Shown: positions 1-13,500 of the stretch, one piece after another
Numbering within the stretch: position 1 is the stretch's first letter
Layout of the letters: every line of letters begins with the position of its first letter
Assembly (NCBI GenBank): GCA_905178155.1
Contig: CAJINV010000003.1
Span: forward strand, 5,418,251 to 5,482,250
Source of the DNA: Amoebophrya sp. A120
Taxonomy: Eukaryota; Protista; Dinoflagellata
Direction of reading: 5' to 3'
Length of the DNA: 64,000 nucleotides
Translations under genes and position numbers: made by a program
The notes under the pieces: model-generated
Told to the model about the DNA's origin: nothing
Database searches by the model: none
What the model saw: the letters and a program-made list of their open reading frames with translations, nothing else

Positions 1-2494
1 ATCCATTTGATTTGTCCAAGCGGCACTGTGCATAACAGAAAACTGCCTCTTTTCTGGTTTCCGCATTGCAGCGTTTCGGTTTTCAGCGCTCAGCAGGGCC
101 AATTGGCATTTATATTTATAGCAAAACAAATTTATGTCGTGGTACGACTGCACGTTTCTGTGAAATATCTCCGCTGTTCCGCTTTCCACCAGCCCGTCGC
201 ACCGCACGGAAATCTTGCGCACCAGGTTTCTTTACACTGAGTAAAAGCCTCCTTACCCCAGATTTTGTCTTCATGGTCAAAAACGAGGCGCAACACACTT
301 TTCTTCCCCCCTTACCCTATGCTGCAGATGGCATGAAAAACACGCAGGTGAGGTGGGCGAGACTTGTTTTGGCGCAAAAGCACATGCACATGCTCAGGAT
401 GTTTCCCACCCGCGGCTCTCTAGAAGAGGCATTTTCTCGTAGCGTTGGTTTAGGAATGATCTGCCATGCGTGAATTAGGATAATAACGTGAAGTTGCGAT
501 GCATCTGGAGTAGTCCGTAGGCACGACTATACTGCATTATAGCGAAACTTGTTCTGCGTGGGTCCCACAAGTTCTGGATTCGTCTTGCAGATGAACACAA
601 TCCCTATATATAAGTATAAACAGCATCTTCAATCTTGACTTTTATCTTCATGGAGTGAGGACGTTTTATTCAATCAGGATATCTTCTTGTCCATATTCGG
701 CAGATGCACGTCCTTCTCCATCTCGAACCCCGTGGGGCCGCGTATCCTGAGTAAAAAGGTACCCACACCAGAGTTGTAATGCAGATTTGCAAAGACAGGA
801 AGACTTGTAATGCGCATCCCCCTGACAGCCATTTCCAATCGCGTTTTTGAATTCGTGATGCTGTGAACAGGATGAGAAGAGAATCTGTGATGCGGCTGCA
901 CTTGCTAACCTGCACTACACTGCATAGCGCAACTTGTCATGCGTGACTCACAAAACTCCTAGGTTTGTGTTGCAAAATCCCCATCCTGACTCTGGTGTGG
1001 GTACGTTTTTACTCGTCAGGATACCGCGGCGCGCGAGCTCATCTGCGGAGAAGGCAATGTCTCGCATCCCCTTGTAGAGGTTAGAGCTGTAACACCCGTT
1101 AGCATGAGAAGTTGCGAATTTGTAGTGAATTTTGCATGACAAATTGCAGGTGGGTCCGCCGGTACATTGTTCCTCTTGCCCTTCTGGGAAGTGGGTTCTG
1201 CACACCGCAGAAGTTGTCCAGGCTTATGCGGCGGGCAGCTTCTTCTAGACATGGCCTTGGTGCCGTTCTTTGGCCATAGCCATACAATTTCGTCTCCCTG
1301 TGCTCGCATAAGAGCACTGCAACAGCCGCGGCAAAGACGCCAAAAATAAGGGCTCCGGAGCACATACAATTACGCAAGACGAAGGCCGCGCGAAGGCAAG
1401 GGCGAAAGGACGAGGCCGAGAGCTTTGGCGCTTCTATCCGGCAGGCGCGTGAACTCTCCCGGCCTTTTCGGCAGAATATAGACGGGCCGAGGGCAGCAGA
1501 GGGCGCTTGTCTTTTCCCCTCGGTCCCACTTCCCAGGCCCTACCTGTGCACTTTTTTGAGCACTTTTCTGCGCTAAAGTTTGCTTATTACGGTCGAAACT
1601 GGGGGCCCGGTGAATTTTGAGGTGAATTTTGAAAAAGCCGTGGGTGAATTTTGGCCCAAGGTGCCTATTCAAAATTCGCTAACGCACGAGAAACTCCGGG
1701 TTTTGGGGCTTCAAAAAAGTGTCGCCAAAACAAAAAGCCCCAAAATTCACCAAGAGAATTCCTAACCTGGGGGTCACGTCGAAAAGGCTGCTGTGGCTGT
1801 GTGGGCCGCAAACGAGCAGCCCTTCACGCTGCGTGGGCTGCTTGGGCTCGTGTCCAGCCCTTTGCGCTGCGTACTTCTCTTTTAAAGCAATAAATGCAAT
1901 ACAAATTCACTGCAAATTCACCCTTCTGTACGCTAACGACCGTCCAAGGCATAGTCTCGTGCGAGAGCTCATCTGCGGATAAGGCAATGTCTCGCATCCC
2001 CTATGAAAGCCTCAGAATGGAAATCCTCAAAGTGTGATGCATGAAATGCAAGGCAAAAAAGACTGTATTGCAGAGGACACAATGGAGACCGACTATTGTC
2101 CTGCTAGGGGTTCAGAATTGGGCTACTGATTAGCACGAGAGAAGGGCACCCCTTTGCCTACCTAGCATGACAGGCATGCTTTGAGTGCCCGGAAAATTTG
2201 TCATGCGCCGACTAGAAATGGCGCTTCAACTGGAGTCGTTTTTTTGCATTACAAATCATTTCCACTTTGAGGATTTCCAACCTGAGGCTTTCATATCCCC
2301 TTGTAGAGGTAGACACCCCAAGCCGCGGCCGAGTGCTTGCGGCACTGTGCGCAGTGGCAAGCGAGCATCAGCACATCGTCCGGGCTGGCCACTTGCACCG
2401 TTAAAGTGTTCGCGTAGCATTTGCAGCTCGCCTGCAGTCGCACGGGTTCTTCACCATTGTGTTCTATAGATTTCATCTGCTGTGTTCCTTCCAA
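1..2494 (-). CDS. GFA/CENP-V (Mss4-like) Zn-binding protein, spliced, runs off the left edge
   Basis: SCKC...CHCAQCRK motif in ORF 2291-2494. Continues LYKG/MRDIA, RRG/PTGFEM and DKK/NLVRK after removing the elements at 2002, 743 and 233. The 1082-1964 junction is unresolved. Confidence 0.6.
233..681. mobile_element. Degenerate family-A TIR introner
   Basis: TACACTGAGTAAAA...TCAGGATA ends; DR eroded; frame restored by element+5. Confidence 0.55.
743..1023. mobile_element. Introner family A (TIR TATCCTGAGTAAAAACGTACCCACACCAGAG)
   Basis: ~30-bp TIR; DR CCGCG. Confidence 0.92.
1082..1953. mobile_element. Large imperfect-TIR insertion with internal GTGAATTTTG/CAAAATTCAC repeats
   Basis: CGTTAGC...GAATTTGYAGTGAATTT inverted at both ends; lies between 47-bp direct repeats. 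Confidence 0.55.
2002..2295. mobile_element. Introner family F
   Basis: TIR TATGAAAGCCTCAG..TGGAAATCCTCAAAGTG; DR TCCCC. Confidence 0.92.
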
Positions 2495-3694
2495 ATAATA
2501 TGAGAATCAGGGATGTAGAAGTTTTTATATCTTATTCTTTCCCAGGACTTTTCTAAAAGGGCCAAGAAGTAGTGCGACAGCGAAAGCACAAGCAGCTAGT
2601 AGTTCTGCTGCAGATAAAAATATCATGTCACGGAGACCTGAAATTTCGTCGATGCTATGTGAGGCGTATCACCCTTGCAAACGGGCTATCTTGTTGTGAC
2701 CGTCACCTCTGCGCTTGCGACTTCTAAATTTGATGCTTTTCGATGCTGGTGCTGGTGCAGCTACTTTTGCATTACAGTGCGCGTCCGTACATACATAGCA
2801 GTCAGTAAACGCGGCCACCTGTATTGTTCATTTTAGTCTTTGTAGCAGCCAGATGAATGCTGCAGTTCCAGCTTCAGCAATTATCAGTCTGTTGCACTTG
2901 CAACTTCTACGCAGCTCGACAAATAATTTGCGCTTTTTTCATTTTTGATTTCAACTTATACCGAAGAACTTGATGTGGTCTAAACAAACAAACCGACGGA
3001 CGGCGACAAACAGGGTGGCATCTGCGTCATCTTCGCAGAACTGAAATGACGTGGATGTGAAGACATCACCACTGCTACAATACTGCACCGGATTTGAAGC
3101 ATGTACTTGAACTTCAACGTACAGAAGATTCAGATACTCTTCCACACACTGCAACTGCACAAGTAGAGTGAGAATCAAGAGCATATATGCGGTTCTGCTA
3201 TCTGTGAACATTCGATGGAAATCGCACACGAGTTCCCCTGTTACCCGTTTTTAACCTCCTTCAGTAGTTCGCATACAGAAGCTCACATGATTGACAACTT
3301 TGTTTTTTTTTCTAGTCGCCTCGATACTCTGGTAACTAGGAATTTCTATTCGGTATAGGCGCACAGGAGGCAGCAGTTTCAGTCTGCTTGTCGTGCCAGC
3401 ATTTTACACACTGTGAGAATAGCCGAAAGTGTTTGTTGTGATGTTTTTCATTTCGTCCATCATACATCATTGGTTTGACTGGGACTGGTTTGTGGATTTA
3501 GAGGTTTCATGACATCACTTTTCCGTCTAAGTCCTCATACTCGTCGTGCATTGAAATTTATACCTTTTCACTTACTACACTTTTTTTTTCCTGTCTCAAT
3601 CGATATTAATCTGCATCTGCTAGAGCCTGGAAAGGATCGATTATGGAGAACCACCATCAAAATTATTGTCTGGACCTTCAGCTTCACCCTGAAT

Positions 3695-4853
3695 TACACA
3701 AGCGAAATATGCCCCCGCCCCCGGAAATCAGCAATTCTGGGGTGCTTAGGAGGCACCCCATCTGGTGCTTAGGAAGCACCCCATCTGGTGCTTAAGCGCG
3801 TCGCACTAGAGCCGCGCGCTTTATTAGAGTCAACATCTCACGCGTGGCTGAAGAGTCAGCCTGCGCTCAATGAAAAAGAGGAGCGGGGCATCTCTACTGC
3901 CCCAGGCCGAAGGTTCCATCGCCATAGACACACACCCAAACCACCTCGATCGGACCATGGTGACTATGGGGCCTGTATTTTATTACTTAGCTAGAGCGTT
4001 GCGATTCCGAGTCTAGCACTTCTACTGCTCTTCTTTATACTTATTATGCCTGTCTTCGGCAAGTAATTAAATCCTAGTTCGAAGCTGGCTCTCGAGCAAG
4101 CTTTTAGCTTTTGGCGCGGTCATGCACAGAAACGAAATCTGGGAAAAGCTCGACGGGCGAGTCCAATTATGGATCGGCGAATGCGGGCGATCCGGGTGTT
4201 ACATAGCCACCCGATCTGCCGGAATCCGGCGGCGCAAAAGGAGCCGACTTTGCGGCTGTCGAATCGGGCCTGTAGCATGCGGATTCCTTTTAGAAAAGCC
4301 GCGAGCTTTTGCAGCGCCAGATCCCGGCAGACCGGGCGTTTATGTGACACCCGGATCGGCGGACTTGCCGCATCTGGCGAGTGCAGCGCTCACCTTTTGG
4401 CGCCTGCATGCAAAAACCCCACATGCGTGCTGCAAAATGTCACAAGTGGAGCGCTCGCATGCCTACGATACCACGGCGCTCAGGGTGTGAGGTTGGCTCA
4501 TCGCCGGCATGGATCGTCTTTGCTCCCTGAGCAGATGGCCATCATCCCATGAGCTTGAGGCCGCGCAGCTTACTGCGTTTTTGTGCATCGCAGCGCCGTG
4601 CGTTATATTTTTGCCCTTGGTCGAGAGGTAACAAATGGAACGGGCCAGGAGATTTTGTTTCCGCTAGTCAAGCAAGGCTATTTGCCCGCCTGGCCGGGAC
4701 CAGGAGCCTACCTTCTTGCCCCTAGGGCTCGAAGTTCGGGCTCCCGCGGTATCAAAGGGGCAGATGGGGTGCTTCCTAAGCACCAGATGGGGTGCCTCCT
4801 AAGCACCCCAGAATTGCTGATTTCCGGGGGCGGGGGCATATTTCGCTTGTGTA
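3695..4853. mobile_element. 1159-bp non-autonomous TIR DNA transposon
   Basis: 93-bp TIR (3695-3787 / 4761-4853), apparently perfect; TAC...GTA ends; DR TGAAT; no recognisable transposase. Confidence 0.93.
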
Positions 4854-5605
4854 TGAATGGCCCAACATTTAATGAACCCTATTGCTATCAACAACTGTGT
4901 CTTCATTAATGAAAGTTCTTTTCAACTGTAAAAATGCTTTTCAACTCTATCAGCAGGAAACGAGGATTGACGCCAGGCATTTGACTTTCATCGCACCGCC
5001 GGACTACCGAGGCGTAAAAATCCGTGGCGTCACACGTATACCGGCTGCCCGATCATTGTGTTGACTCAGACGCGTAGGCCTCCGTGCCCATGGAGGAACG
5101 GGCGGCCCGACGGCTGCAGCTGCTACCGAGCCAGCCCCCGACGCTACCGCCCTGTATCGAATGAAAACATACTCGCCCCTGAGCAAAGTAGCATGCTGGC
5201 GTCTTTTTACTAGAACCTACGAATCAACAATGCTCTTTAACAGGACTACACCGCAACGAATGTATGACTGTAAATAATAACTGTTCCGTGGCGATAACGT
5301 AGGCTCGCCGGCACAAATGTGCTAGCTGCTCAGGGTTCTTGATTCGAAGGGATACATACGAACCACCTCGTTGTCCCAACGCCCTTCGTGCCGGTAAGTG
5401 TCCATGAACACGAGCCCCTCGGGGATCGCTAGCGTGCATTTGTATTCGCCAATAATTTCGTCCATGAAGAGAGAGAAACTCGCAGCAAGCAAAATTTCTT
5501 TTTGCTGCAAGCAGCACATACTATCAAATCAACTTTTTTTGAACGCCTACTAAAAACATCCTAGCCTTGATTTTCCTAGAGTCAAAAGACAGCAGAATGT
5601 AGTAG

Positions 5606-8600
5606 TTACCCGGCCACCACTACTGAGCGATGCGCACTGTACTGACTTTTCATGTTCGATGCCTGCTGGTTCGCTGGTTTTATTGCTCCTATGGGGGCTG
5701 CCCCTGGCCCTGCTCCTCCAACCAAAACAGGGCATCTCGCTGACTGCTGAGTGGGCGACGAGGATTTTTGTGGGGATCGGATCTTGGTTCGCCGCACCTC
5801 GGCTTCCAGCCAAGAACCGTATGCTCTGCAAAAGTATCGGGCATGTACTAATCGCATCTTCCTTGCAATACAATTACAAGTTTAAATTGCTTAGTGCTTA
5901 CTTTATTCTCAAGTCCGAGTTACAAATTTCATTTCTCAAGCTGAGGAAAAAATTTGTCATGCGGTTTATACTCGTGCGATACTTTTGCAGTGCATATACC
6001 GGGCTTCGCGTCGATTTGGATGTCGTTCGTGACCGGGTCAACGTCAGTGACTCTGGTGCGAACCCACTGCCTGTGCGTGTCTGACCAGTATTCCAACAGG
6101 TCCCCGACTTGATGTTGGTGGTACGCGACCACACTTGGCGGAGGCGAGGCTCCACCAGCAGAATCCTCACAGCTCGCCGACGAAAGAACGGCACTGCCAC
6201 CACCTTCTCTACCTACCACGTTCATCTTTATCGGCGGCACTCCACCGGCAGGAGGTGCTGCAGCGGACCCACGGGGACGACCACCCCTGCCTGGTGTACT
6301 AACCGGCCCGCGTGGTGTGGAAGACGCGCCTCCAGGAGCTGCAGCTCCACCGGCGCTCGGCAGCTGCGCAGCCGGGCGCTGATTTTCCTTGTTGTCCTGG
6401 ACGGAATGCACGGCCGCCTGGTGCCACCTCTTATTTCTCGGCGTGGGAAATATTAAACCTCCCCCCGATCCCGCCGCGGAGGAAGCTGGTGGATCTCCTG
6501 CCCCCTGCTCTAGTACTGCGTGCACCAGTTTGTTCTTGGAGCTACTAGATGAGGACGAAGAAGCCGTCGTCGAGGAGGAGGTACAACCGGTAGCCGAGTC
6601 TGACTTGGAGGCTCCATTGCGGTTGCCGCCACTTCTGCGATCCATCTGATCATCCGCTGCCGCATTCCGGTCCTTCTTCAGAATCCGGTCCTCCAACTCG
6701 GGATCCAGGCCTGTCGGCAGGTTCTGCTCTGTCATCCACTGCAGCTCCAAGGCGAAAACTGGTCTGGAGAGCTGTTTTTGGCAGTACTAGAGTTGGGACT
6801 GCTCTTGATGACTCTTACTTCTTGGCGTTGACTTTTAATCTGCAAAAAGTTTGGCCCTTCGCGTTGTTCTCAACGCAACAAGACGCTACGGGCAGAGGAC
6901 GTTGGGTCAAGAACTACGAGTTGTTGTAGCTACGGGGGCTCGTGGGCACCCGAAATTTCAAATTTCGTACGATATTTAGCATTTGGATTTGCATCCCCAT
7001 TTTTATTGTCGGCTAAATACCTCGTCCTCCAGGAACTTTTTCTTATACTTAAATTCCACATCTTAATAATCTTTTGAATCAAATTAGAGCTCGATGCTGA
7101 AATCGTTGTTACGCTAGCTCGTACCAATTCTTCGGCTGTTATCCTGGAGAAAAAAATCACACTTCTTTTGACATACATATACAACCTGCTCAGCCTGCCT
7201 GTTGTTCTTCGGACGCTTCGTATCGCATTGCGTTTATTCTTCAACAACCACGGAGCCGAACAGTGAGGGAAACCCACATGCCCACGTGACAAAAATAGTA
7301 CAACGATGAACTAGCAGAGTAGAAGGCAGAGTCTGTTGGTCAGGGCTGGCAAGCGAATGCCAATAGATTAGCGTAAGTAGCCTCATCCAGCATATCTCGT
7401 GGGCGCCGCCGCGGGTCCTTGCAAAACATCAGGTTGATGGCGCACCGCAAGTCGGACGAGAAAGTGGCTGGTAGCGTAGGGGCAGGGTATTCTCGGATTT
7501 TTCGGCACAATGCATGCACGTCAGCGTATGGTGGAAAAGCTAACGATCTACAAAGCGGACGCAAGCACCACAACAAAGTTCATTGCAGCTAAACGTAGTA
7601 CTGCTCCTGCAATTCTGTCACCGTTGAACACATGCGAGACGAAATTCGTATGACATTAGAACTAGAAAGTGTAAGTGCTGCACAAACCGCTTGCAAGTAC
7701 GTTTCTGTTTCCCTCACATACCGGGGCGTCATAGGGCACCTTGAGAACCATCAACTCGTAGGCGAGACAACCGAGCGACCAGATGTCGGCGCTGAACGAG
7801 TACTCTTTATTTTCGCAGATCTTATGGTAGTGTCAGGATTGAAATGGTCAAAGTTGAAATAGTTTGCGATGCATGAAATGCAACCCACAAAGCGCCTGTC
7901 TTGCAGAGTGGGCAAGGGAGGCAGATTGTAAGCCTGGCGAGGGGTAGAAATAGAGCTGCTGAAGTAGCATGACAAAAGGCGTCACTCTTACCCAAACAGC
8001 ATTACAAACTGGATTCAGACACCGCCAAAATTTGTCATGCGCCACTTAGAAACTGGGTCCCAACTGGCATCCATTTTATGCATGACAAATAATTTCAACT
8101 TTGTTGATTTCAAACCTGACGCATCCATAGATCTCCGGGGAGATGTAGTACGGCGTTCCGATCTGTGTTCGTGCGTGGTCTACCGTTGATCCCAAGCACT
8201 TCGAAACTGGTGATAATTTGGAAGTTTTCTTTCTTATCTATGAGCAACATCTACTTCAACATGATCACGACTGTAGTACCGTCCCTGTAGTTGTAAAATG
8301 TACCGTACTAGTACTTCCTGTAGAAGAAACTCATTGCTCAACTAGAACTTCGACGCTCGTCCCACTTTTTTGGTGAAGACGTACGTGGGGACGACCGAGA
8401 GTTTTAGCCAGTGACATTGAGCACGCAGTAAAGATGTCATCATTTTGATTTCTTTTTCCTGTCCGAAGGTAGATGACAGGTGCAAAAGACAACAAGTACA
8501 AATAAAGTTGTAGTTGTACACGTTGTTTAGATACTATACTTACTATACTTACTTCCGAAATCCCCCATGCGGAGTGAGTGGTCGTCGGTGAGGAAGAAGT

Positions 8601-9275
8601 TCGAACTCTTCACATCCCGGTGCAGAATATGTTTTTTTGCGTGCAGGTAGTGCAGGGCGAGAAGGATCTGTGTGAGCCACGAGACGACTTGTTTTTCGGA
8701 GAACCGCCGCCGGCGCTCCGCCTGCCGCCGGATATGCCTTCCGAGATCACCGCGGGGGCAGTAGTCCATGGCGAGTAAAAACCAACCGTGCGAGAGATGG
8801 CTGCCGTGGTACTTGCAAACATACGGGTGCGACAAAGAGGCCAACAGCCGCCCTTTATTTTCGTTGTTGAAGAAAACATTTTTGAAGATCAATACTGCGT
8901 CGCGAACGTGATCGCCTGGACCAGCTTGCTGGTATTAAATAAGTGTGTGCACTACAACTAGAACCTTACTTTCAGGCGGACTTACGGGGGAGAGGATTGA
9001 TCACGTTGTTGTATGATCTCGTCGCTGTGAAGTTCTCCACCTTCATGCATTTTGATTTTCATATTCTTTTCCCGCATCAGCAATAAATTTCAACTACCTT
9101 CTTCCAGTGTCTTCTGTCTTTCTTTGGTGCTCATGTGACTGACGTCAATCATTTTGCACACCACTTCCTGCAGGTCTCGATTGCACAAAAAGACCGCACC
9201 AAAGGAGCCCTTCCCTATCTTCCGCAACGGCGTATACCCCTGCCGGCGCATGTAGAGTTCGACGGGCTCCGACAT
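5606..9275 (-). CDS. NIMA-related (NEK) Ser/Thr kinase with low-complexity tail and a C-terminal Tudor/SH3-like module, spliced
   Basis: IGKGSFG, VCK, HILHRDVKSSN, DFG/ISKCL, GTPYYISPE/ICENKEY, DIWSLG, RRRP/TAEEL. GT-AG intron 8207-8552 plus introners. Exon structure at ~6750-7130 is uncertain. Confidence 0.9.
5820..5996. mobile_element. Introner family D (TIR TATGCACTGCAAAAGTATCG)
   Basis: TIR; DR AACCG/TACCG; join KPG/xWLEAE. Confidence 0.88.
7140..7394. mobile_element. Probable old introner-derived intron
   Basis: TATCCTGGA...TCCAGCATA ends; element+5 gives the NEK consensus RPTAEEL; no DR left. Confidence 0.45.
7527..7720. mobile_element. Probable old introner-derived intron
   Basis: TATG...CATA ends; element+5 gives YDAP/DVHAL; GTATGT donor present on the minus strand. 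Confidence 0.4.
7823..8129. mobile_element. Introner family F
   Basis: TIR; DR GATCT; join SPEI/CENK. Confidence 0.92.
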
Positions 9276-10536
9276 CTTGATCTGTTTAATTCACGCTGTG
9301 TAGTGGTAGTTACTATCGTGTTTCTACTTCGGTTCTTGTATCTGTATCTATGGTAAACTGAATACGTGTAAATATTCTCTCGGCGGGTACGAAAAAAAGT
9401 CCTCTGGGTTCTCCTCTCTCGGAGGTGTAGTTTGTGCGTCGCGTGATCTAATCGATCCTTTTCGTCATGTCCTAAAGCTCCTTGTTCGGCGTTTCCTTCC
9501 CGTTCCTTGGTCGTCAAGAACATCGCTTAATAGTGCCCCTGGCAACTTCCTTGAACTACTGACCGTGAGGAGGAAGTGTGCGTCTCTCACCGCTGGTACA
9601 ACAGTGTGCAACTTCTCGAATAAAGACGTGGAAGCAGGGTAAGTTCGGGTGCGCAAAAAAAAACCTGTCGTCGAATGCATGCAGGCGCACGTGCGGATGA
9701 GTCAGTCAAAGGAGACAAGAGTCTTTTCCTGAGGAAATTTGTCATGCATTTGAGGACCTCAAATTTTCTTTTTGTCTGCGCGCTAGGCGTAGGCGCTAGA
9801 CCGAAAAGTAGGCGAAACTACATACAACATTGGTAAGCGGTTTTCTCTACCACGAGTGCTTACACTAGTTGTAGGGTAGATTTACTTGTACCTGGTTAGA
9901 GTTCATGGACCAACGTTCTTGGTCAACACATCTGTGATCGTGACGAGGGAGACGAAAACACTCATCCTCGATAGCGAAGCACCGGAAACACGGGGAATAT
10001 GCAGCTTTAGCCAGAATTGAATCTAGAAACACCAGAATAGTAAAAGCGTCCGTGTAAGTATGCAAAAGAAACGTGTAATGATGGCATGAAGGGGAAAGCG
10101 AAAGGGCGACAGGATAAGCACTGGCACTCCAGAACCAGATAGACACTGTCCCGCCGAATGAACGCGCGTGCCAGCAGCTGCATTGTTTACACCCTATTGC
10201 TTTCATAGTTCATTATATAGAAAAAAAAACATAAACAAGGGCACATTTGATATTTTCAAACATGATGAAGGGATACAGTTTTCTGTGCCTCGACATAATT
10301 AAACATTTGAAAATGTGCTACAACACTTCACACGCACATTTTATTTCATGTGTTGCTGTCGACGTCGCCGTAAAGCTCTTCAGTAACATCATGTAGAGTA
10401 TTTTTAAGGTGCGGCCCATGGTTCGATTTCTTGCGATCTCGAGCTGCACATCTGAGCTCCTGACATCCGCGCTTTTAGTTTTGTTCCGGTCTTTGCGAAG
10501 TGGTCTTTATCTTCTCTAACTGCTTGAGATAAAAGA

Positions 10537-13500
10537 TCAATTTCGCCACATTCCACACAAAACCAGCTCCGGCTCGTCGTCTTCGGTACGGAGAGACTCA
10601 CGCCACACTATGCATTGCAAAGATGTCCAGGTCTGGATGATCTGGAAAGCCGCAAGCGGAAGCGGAACTCGAACATCTGCCTCACCTGCTCAGCTTGCAT
10701 CACTCGTTGCTCCTGTAAAATCATCTCTATTGCATGACTGCAAAGATGAGCGAAGCTTTTATTACATGGATGCAGTGTGTACTAAAAATCATGCCTACAC
10801 CTACAACTACATACGACGCAGAAGTCGGTGATAAACATAACTTGTCATGCATATTCCCCAAGGACTGCCTTTCAAGCAGACCCGGATCGGTTGCATATGC
10901 ATTTGCTACACACAATGGAAAAGCCAAACTTCTCGAAGTACGGCGCCGTGGTGGAGTCCGTTTCCAGGTAGCATCCCACGTTGTCACGGTCCGCAAAACC
11001 AAAGACGACGCTCAACAGTTGCCGCGCCGCGCCCTGCCCCCGCGCCCAACCAGCCGTCGCGAGGGTTTGTATGTACCAGTGCGGCTTCAGCTGGGAGCGA
11101 TCGTGGTCTGCGAGGATCTGGCCGAGCAGCATGTCGCGCCTCATCAGCTCCGGGGTCAGCCGCGGAAACGGTAGCCCCGCCGCCGCCATACCGTAGTAAT
11201 ATTCCGGGCTCCCGATCTTCGTGTACGTCTTAGGAGGCAAGCAGTACAGCACGGCTGCAAGCCGTTCGGTCGGCGCAGAAATGCTCCTGGGCGGCGTGTC
11301 GTGGAAGATCTTTGATGTTCCACCGCGTTGATGTTCAACACCACCCTGGGGCCACTCACGACCGGCATCAACATGAAGATCTGCTCCTCTACTACTACAA
11401 CTTCCACTTGCCGTGGTCGTAGTCGAACTGTTGAAAAAATGCAGCTCCAACAAGCGGCCGTACGCGGCAGCGACATGATAGCCGATCTTTTGTTGGTAGT
11501 AGAACAGTTGTTGCACCTTCTCGACGAGTGGCGTCGTAACCACGGAAGAACGACGGCTGACGCGGCCACCGGGCGAGGACGACGCAATGGAGGAAAAAAC
11601 GGACGATCTGCGGCGTCGGCGTTCCTGGGGACTCTGTGGCGTTTCCCTTTTATTTCCTTTCCCGTGGCCATCGACCGACGCGTGTACGACTGCTGTCGCC
11701 TGTTGCTCGACCTCGTCCCTCTCTGGTTCGTGGTCCTCCATGTTGACTTTTACCACGCCGGGCGTATCAAATGCAATAATGTCTGGGTCTGGAAGGTTCT
11801 TGTTGTCTTGCAGGTGTGGGGGCATGGCCCAGAATGTCTGGCATGCAAGGGCTGGCATCTTCACAGGTTCTGCAAGAGCTTCACGATGTTGCCTACGTAC
11901 TCTGCATGAGAAATCCGCTCTCAGTGTGGCCACAAATGGACAGCTTTTCCTTTTGCGATCCTTTTGCGTACCTATATGCATGACAGAGTTTTGATGTGCG
12001 ACTGGCAGACAGCATCACAAATCTGCAGCTTATTTCCAGAGCCAGACATATCATTGCAATGCATAGGGCGGTACGTGGTACGATTTCGACGAGGCCGCAG
12101 GCTGGTCGCTGTAGTCATTCAGATTGTTGTGACGCGACGGTAGTTCGTCTTTTCGTACTGTTAACCGCTCCGCAGATGTTGTAGTCGCGCTAGTATCACG
12201 ACTGCGGGTGACTTGTTGTGCAGCTCCTGCACAGCTATCGCAGTTTCGCTCCCAGGCAAGCCAATCCAGGAGTGGGGAGCCTTCATAATCTGCGCCCTCT
12301 ATGGGCCAGAAGGCATCCAACACGAGCTGCGTAGCGGTTTCAGGTGAGATGGACCTGTCTCGAATCTTCATCTGGATCGGTCGAACCGAGCGGGACGTCG
12401 ACACAGCTTGGTTTGATGTACGCTCTCCACCGCTATTCAACATGTGGGTCGTTTGATACAGCAGTGCAGCACTCTCACTGGTTGTGGTTCCAGTAGTAGA
12501 GCCTCCGAGTAGTAGCCGTGGTGACATCGGCCCCGAAGTAGAACTCATCTTCATCGTAGTACCGCTATGATCTAAGTTCACACTCTCTGCAGCTGGTCCT
12601 GGTGGCACATCCGAGGACGGTCTCTCAACATCAACATCCTCGTAGGAACTAGTAGTGGCAAAAGAACATCCGACGTTTGCATACGGCAGTTCCAGTAGTT
12701 TATTTGGTGCAGCTGGAACAAGGTTGATCGTTCCCGCGTCTGCGGCGCGCTTGCGCGCTAGCTGGAGCAACCTGTCGCTGCTGCGCACAATGCGGTCCAC
12801 TAGTTCTTTCATGTGCAGCACGTCCTGAGACACGCACAAGCGCAAAAACTCGTTCCGGTCCAGGTCCAGCACGAACGCCGCGTCGTCTACCGTGCCCACC
12901 GCGAAGCGACGGCTGATTTCTAGCTCGTCTTCGGGCAATAGGGGTGGCTGGTCCGGCAGCTGCAAGTCGCGCAGGAACGCAAGGAAGGCGACGGCCGAGA
13001 TGGCGCTGGCGAGCGTGGTGGGTAGCGCGAACTGCCACACGTTGAAGTCGTACTTGTCAAGCGGACTTCCGTAGTCGGCAAACACCACGTATTTCAACAC
13101 TTTTGGCATGATGGTGGTGCACAGGAAGTTCATGGCAACTATGCACGGCACTGCGGCCGCGCCCAGCAGCGTCAGGAAGGAGCCGGACACGACCCCAACG
13201 CGGTTTGCGGGGGTGTAGTACAAAATGTACCGCATCAAGATCGTGGTCAGACTGATCTGCAGCAGGTTCACCGCCCGCACCACGACCCGCTGCGCGTCCC
13301 AATGCGCGACGGAGCAGAGACCCGCGATCAACAGCAGGCTCACGACCGTGAGGTAAATCATGGACTCCAGTCCGTGTTTGAAATCTAGCACGACGCCAAC
13401 CACCGGACTAGCAACCAACCCGATGACCGCCAGGTTCGTCACGATGAAGGAGCCGAGGTGCGGGTCCTGGTGCTGCGCCGGAAAGTTGAACAGGGCCGCC

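Noticed and set aside
670-915. Recurrent peptides (LPDPDIFTFD, WGGGIFPFD, HPVHSITNSKTRLEM) as a protein family
   Set aside because: Translations of introner TIRs and interiors, in varying frames and with stops.
4120-4552. Transposase ORF within the 1.16-kb element
   Set aside because: Short ORFs with no recognisable catalytic motif.
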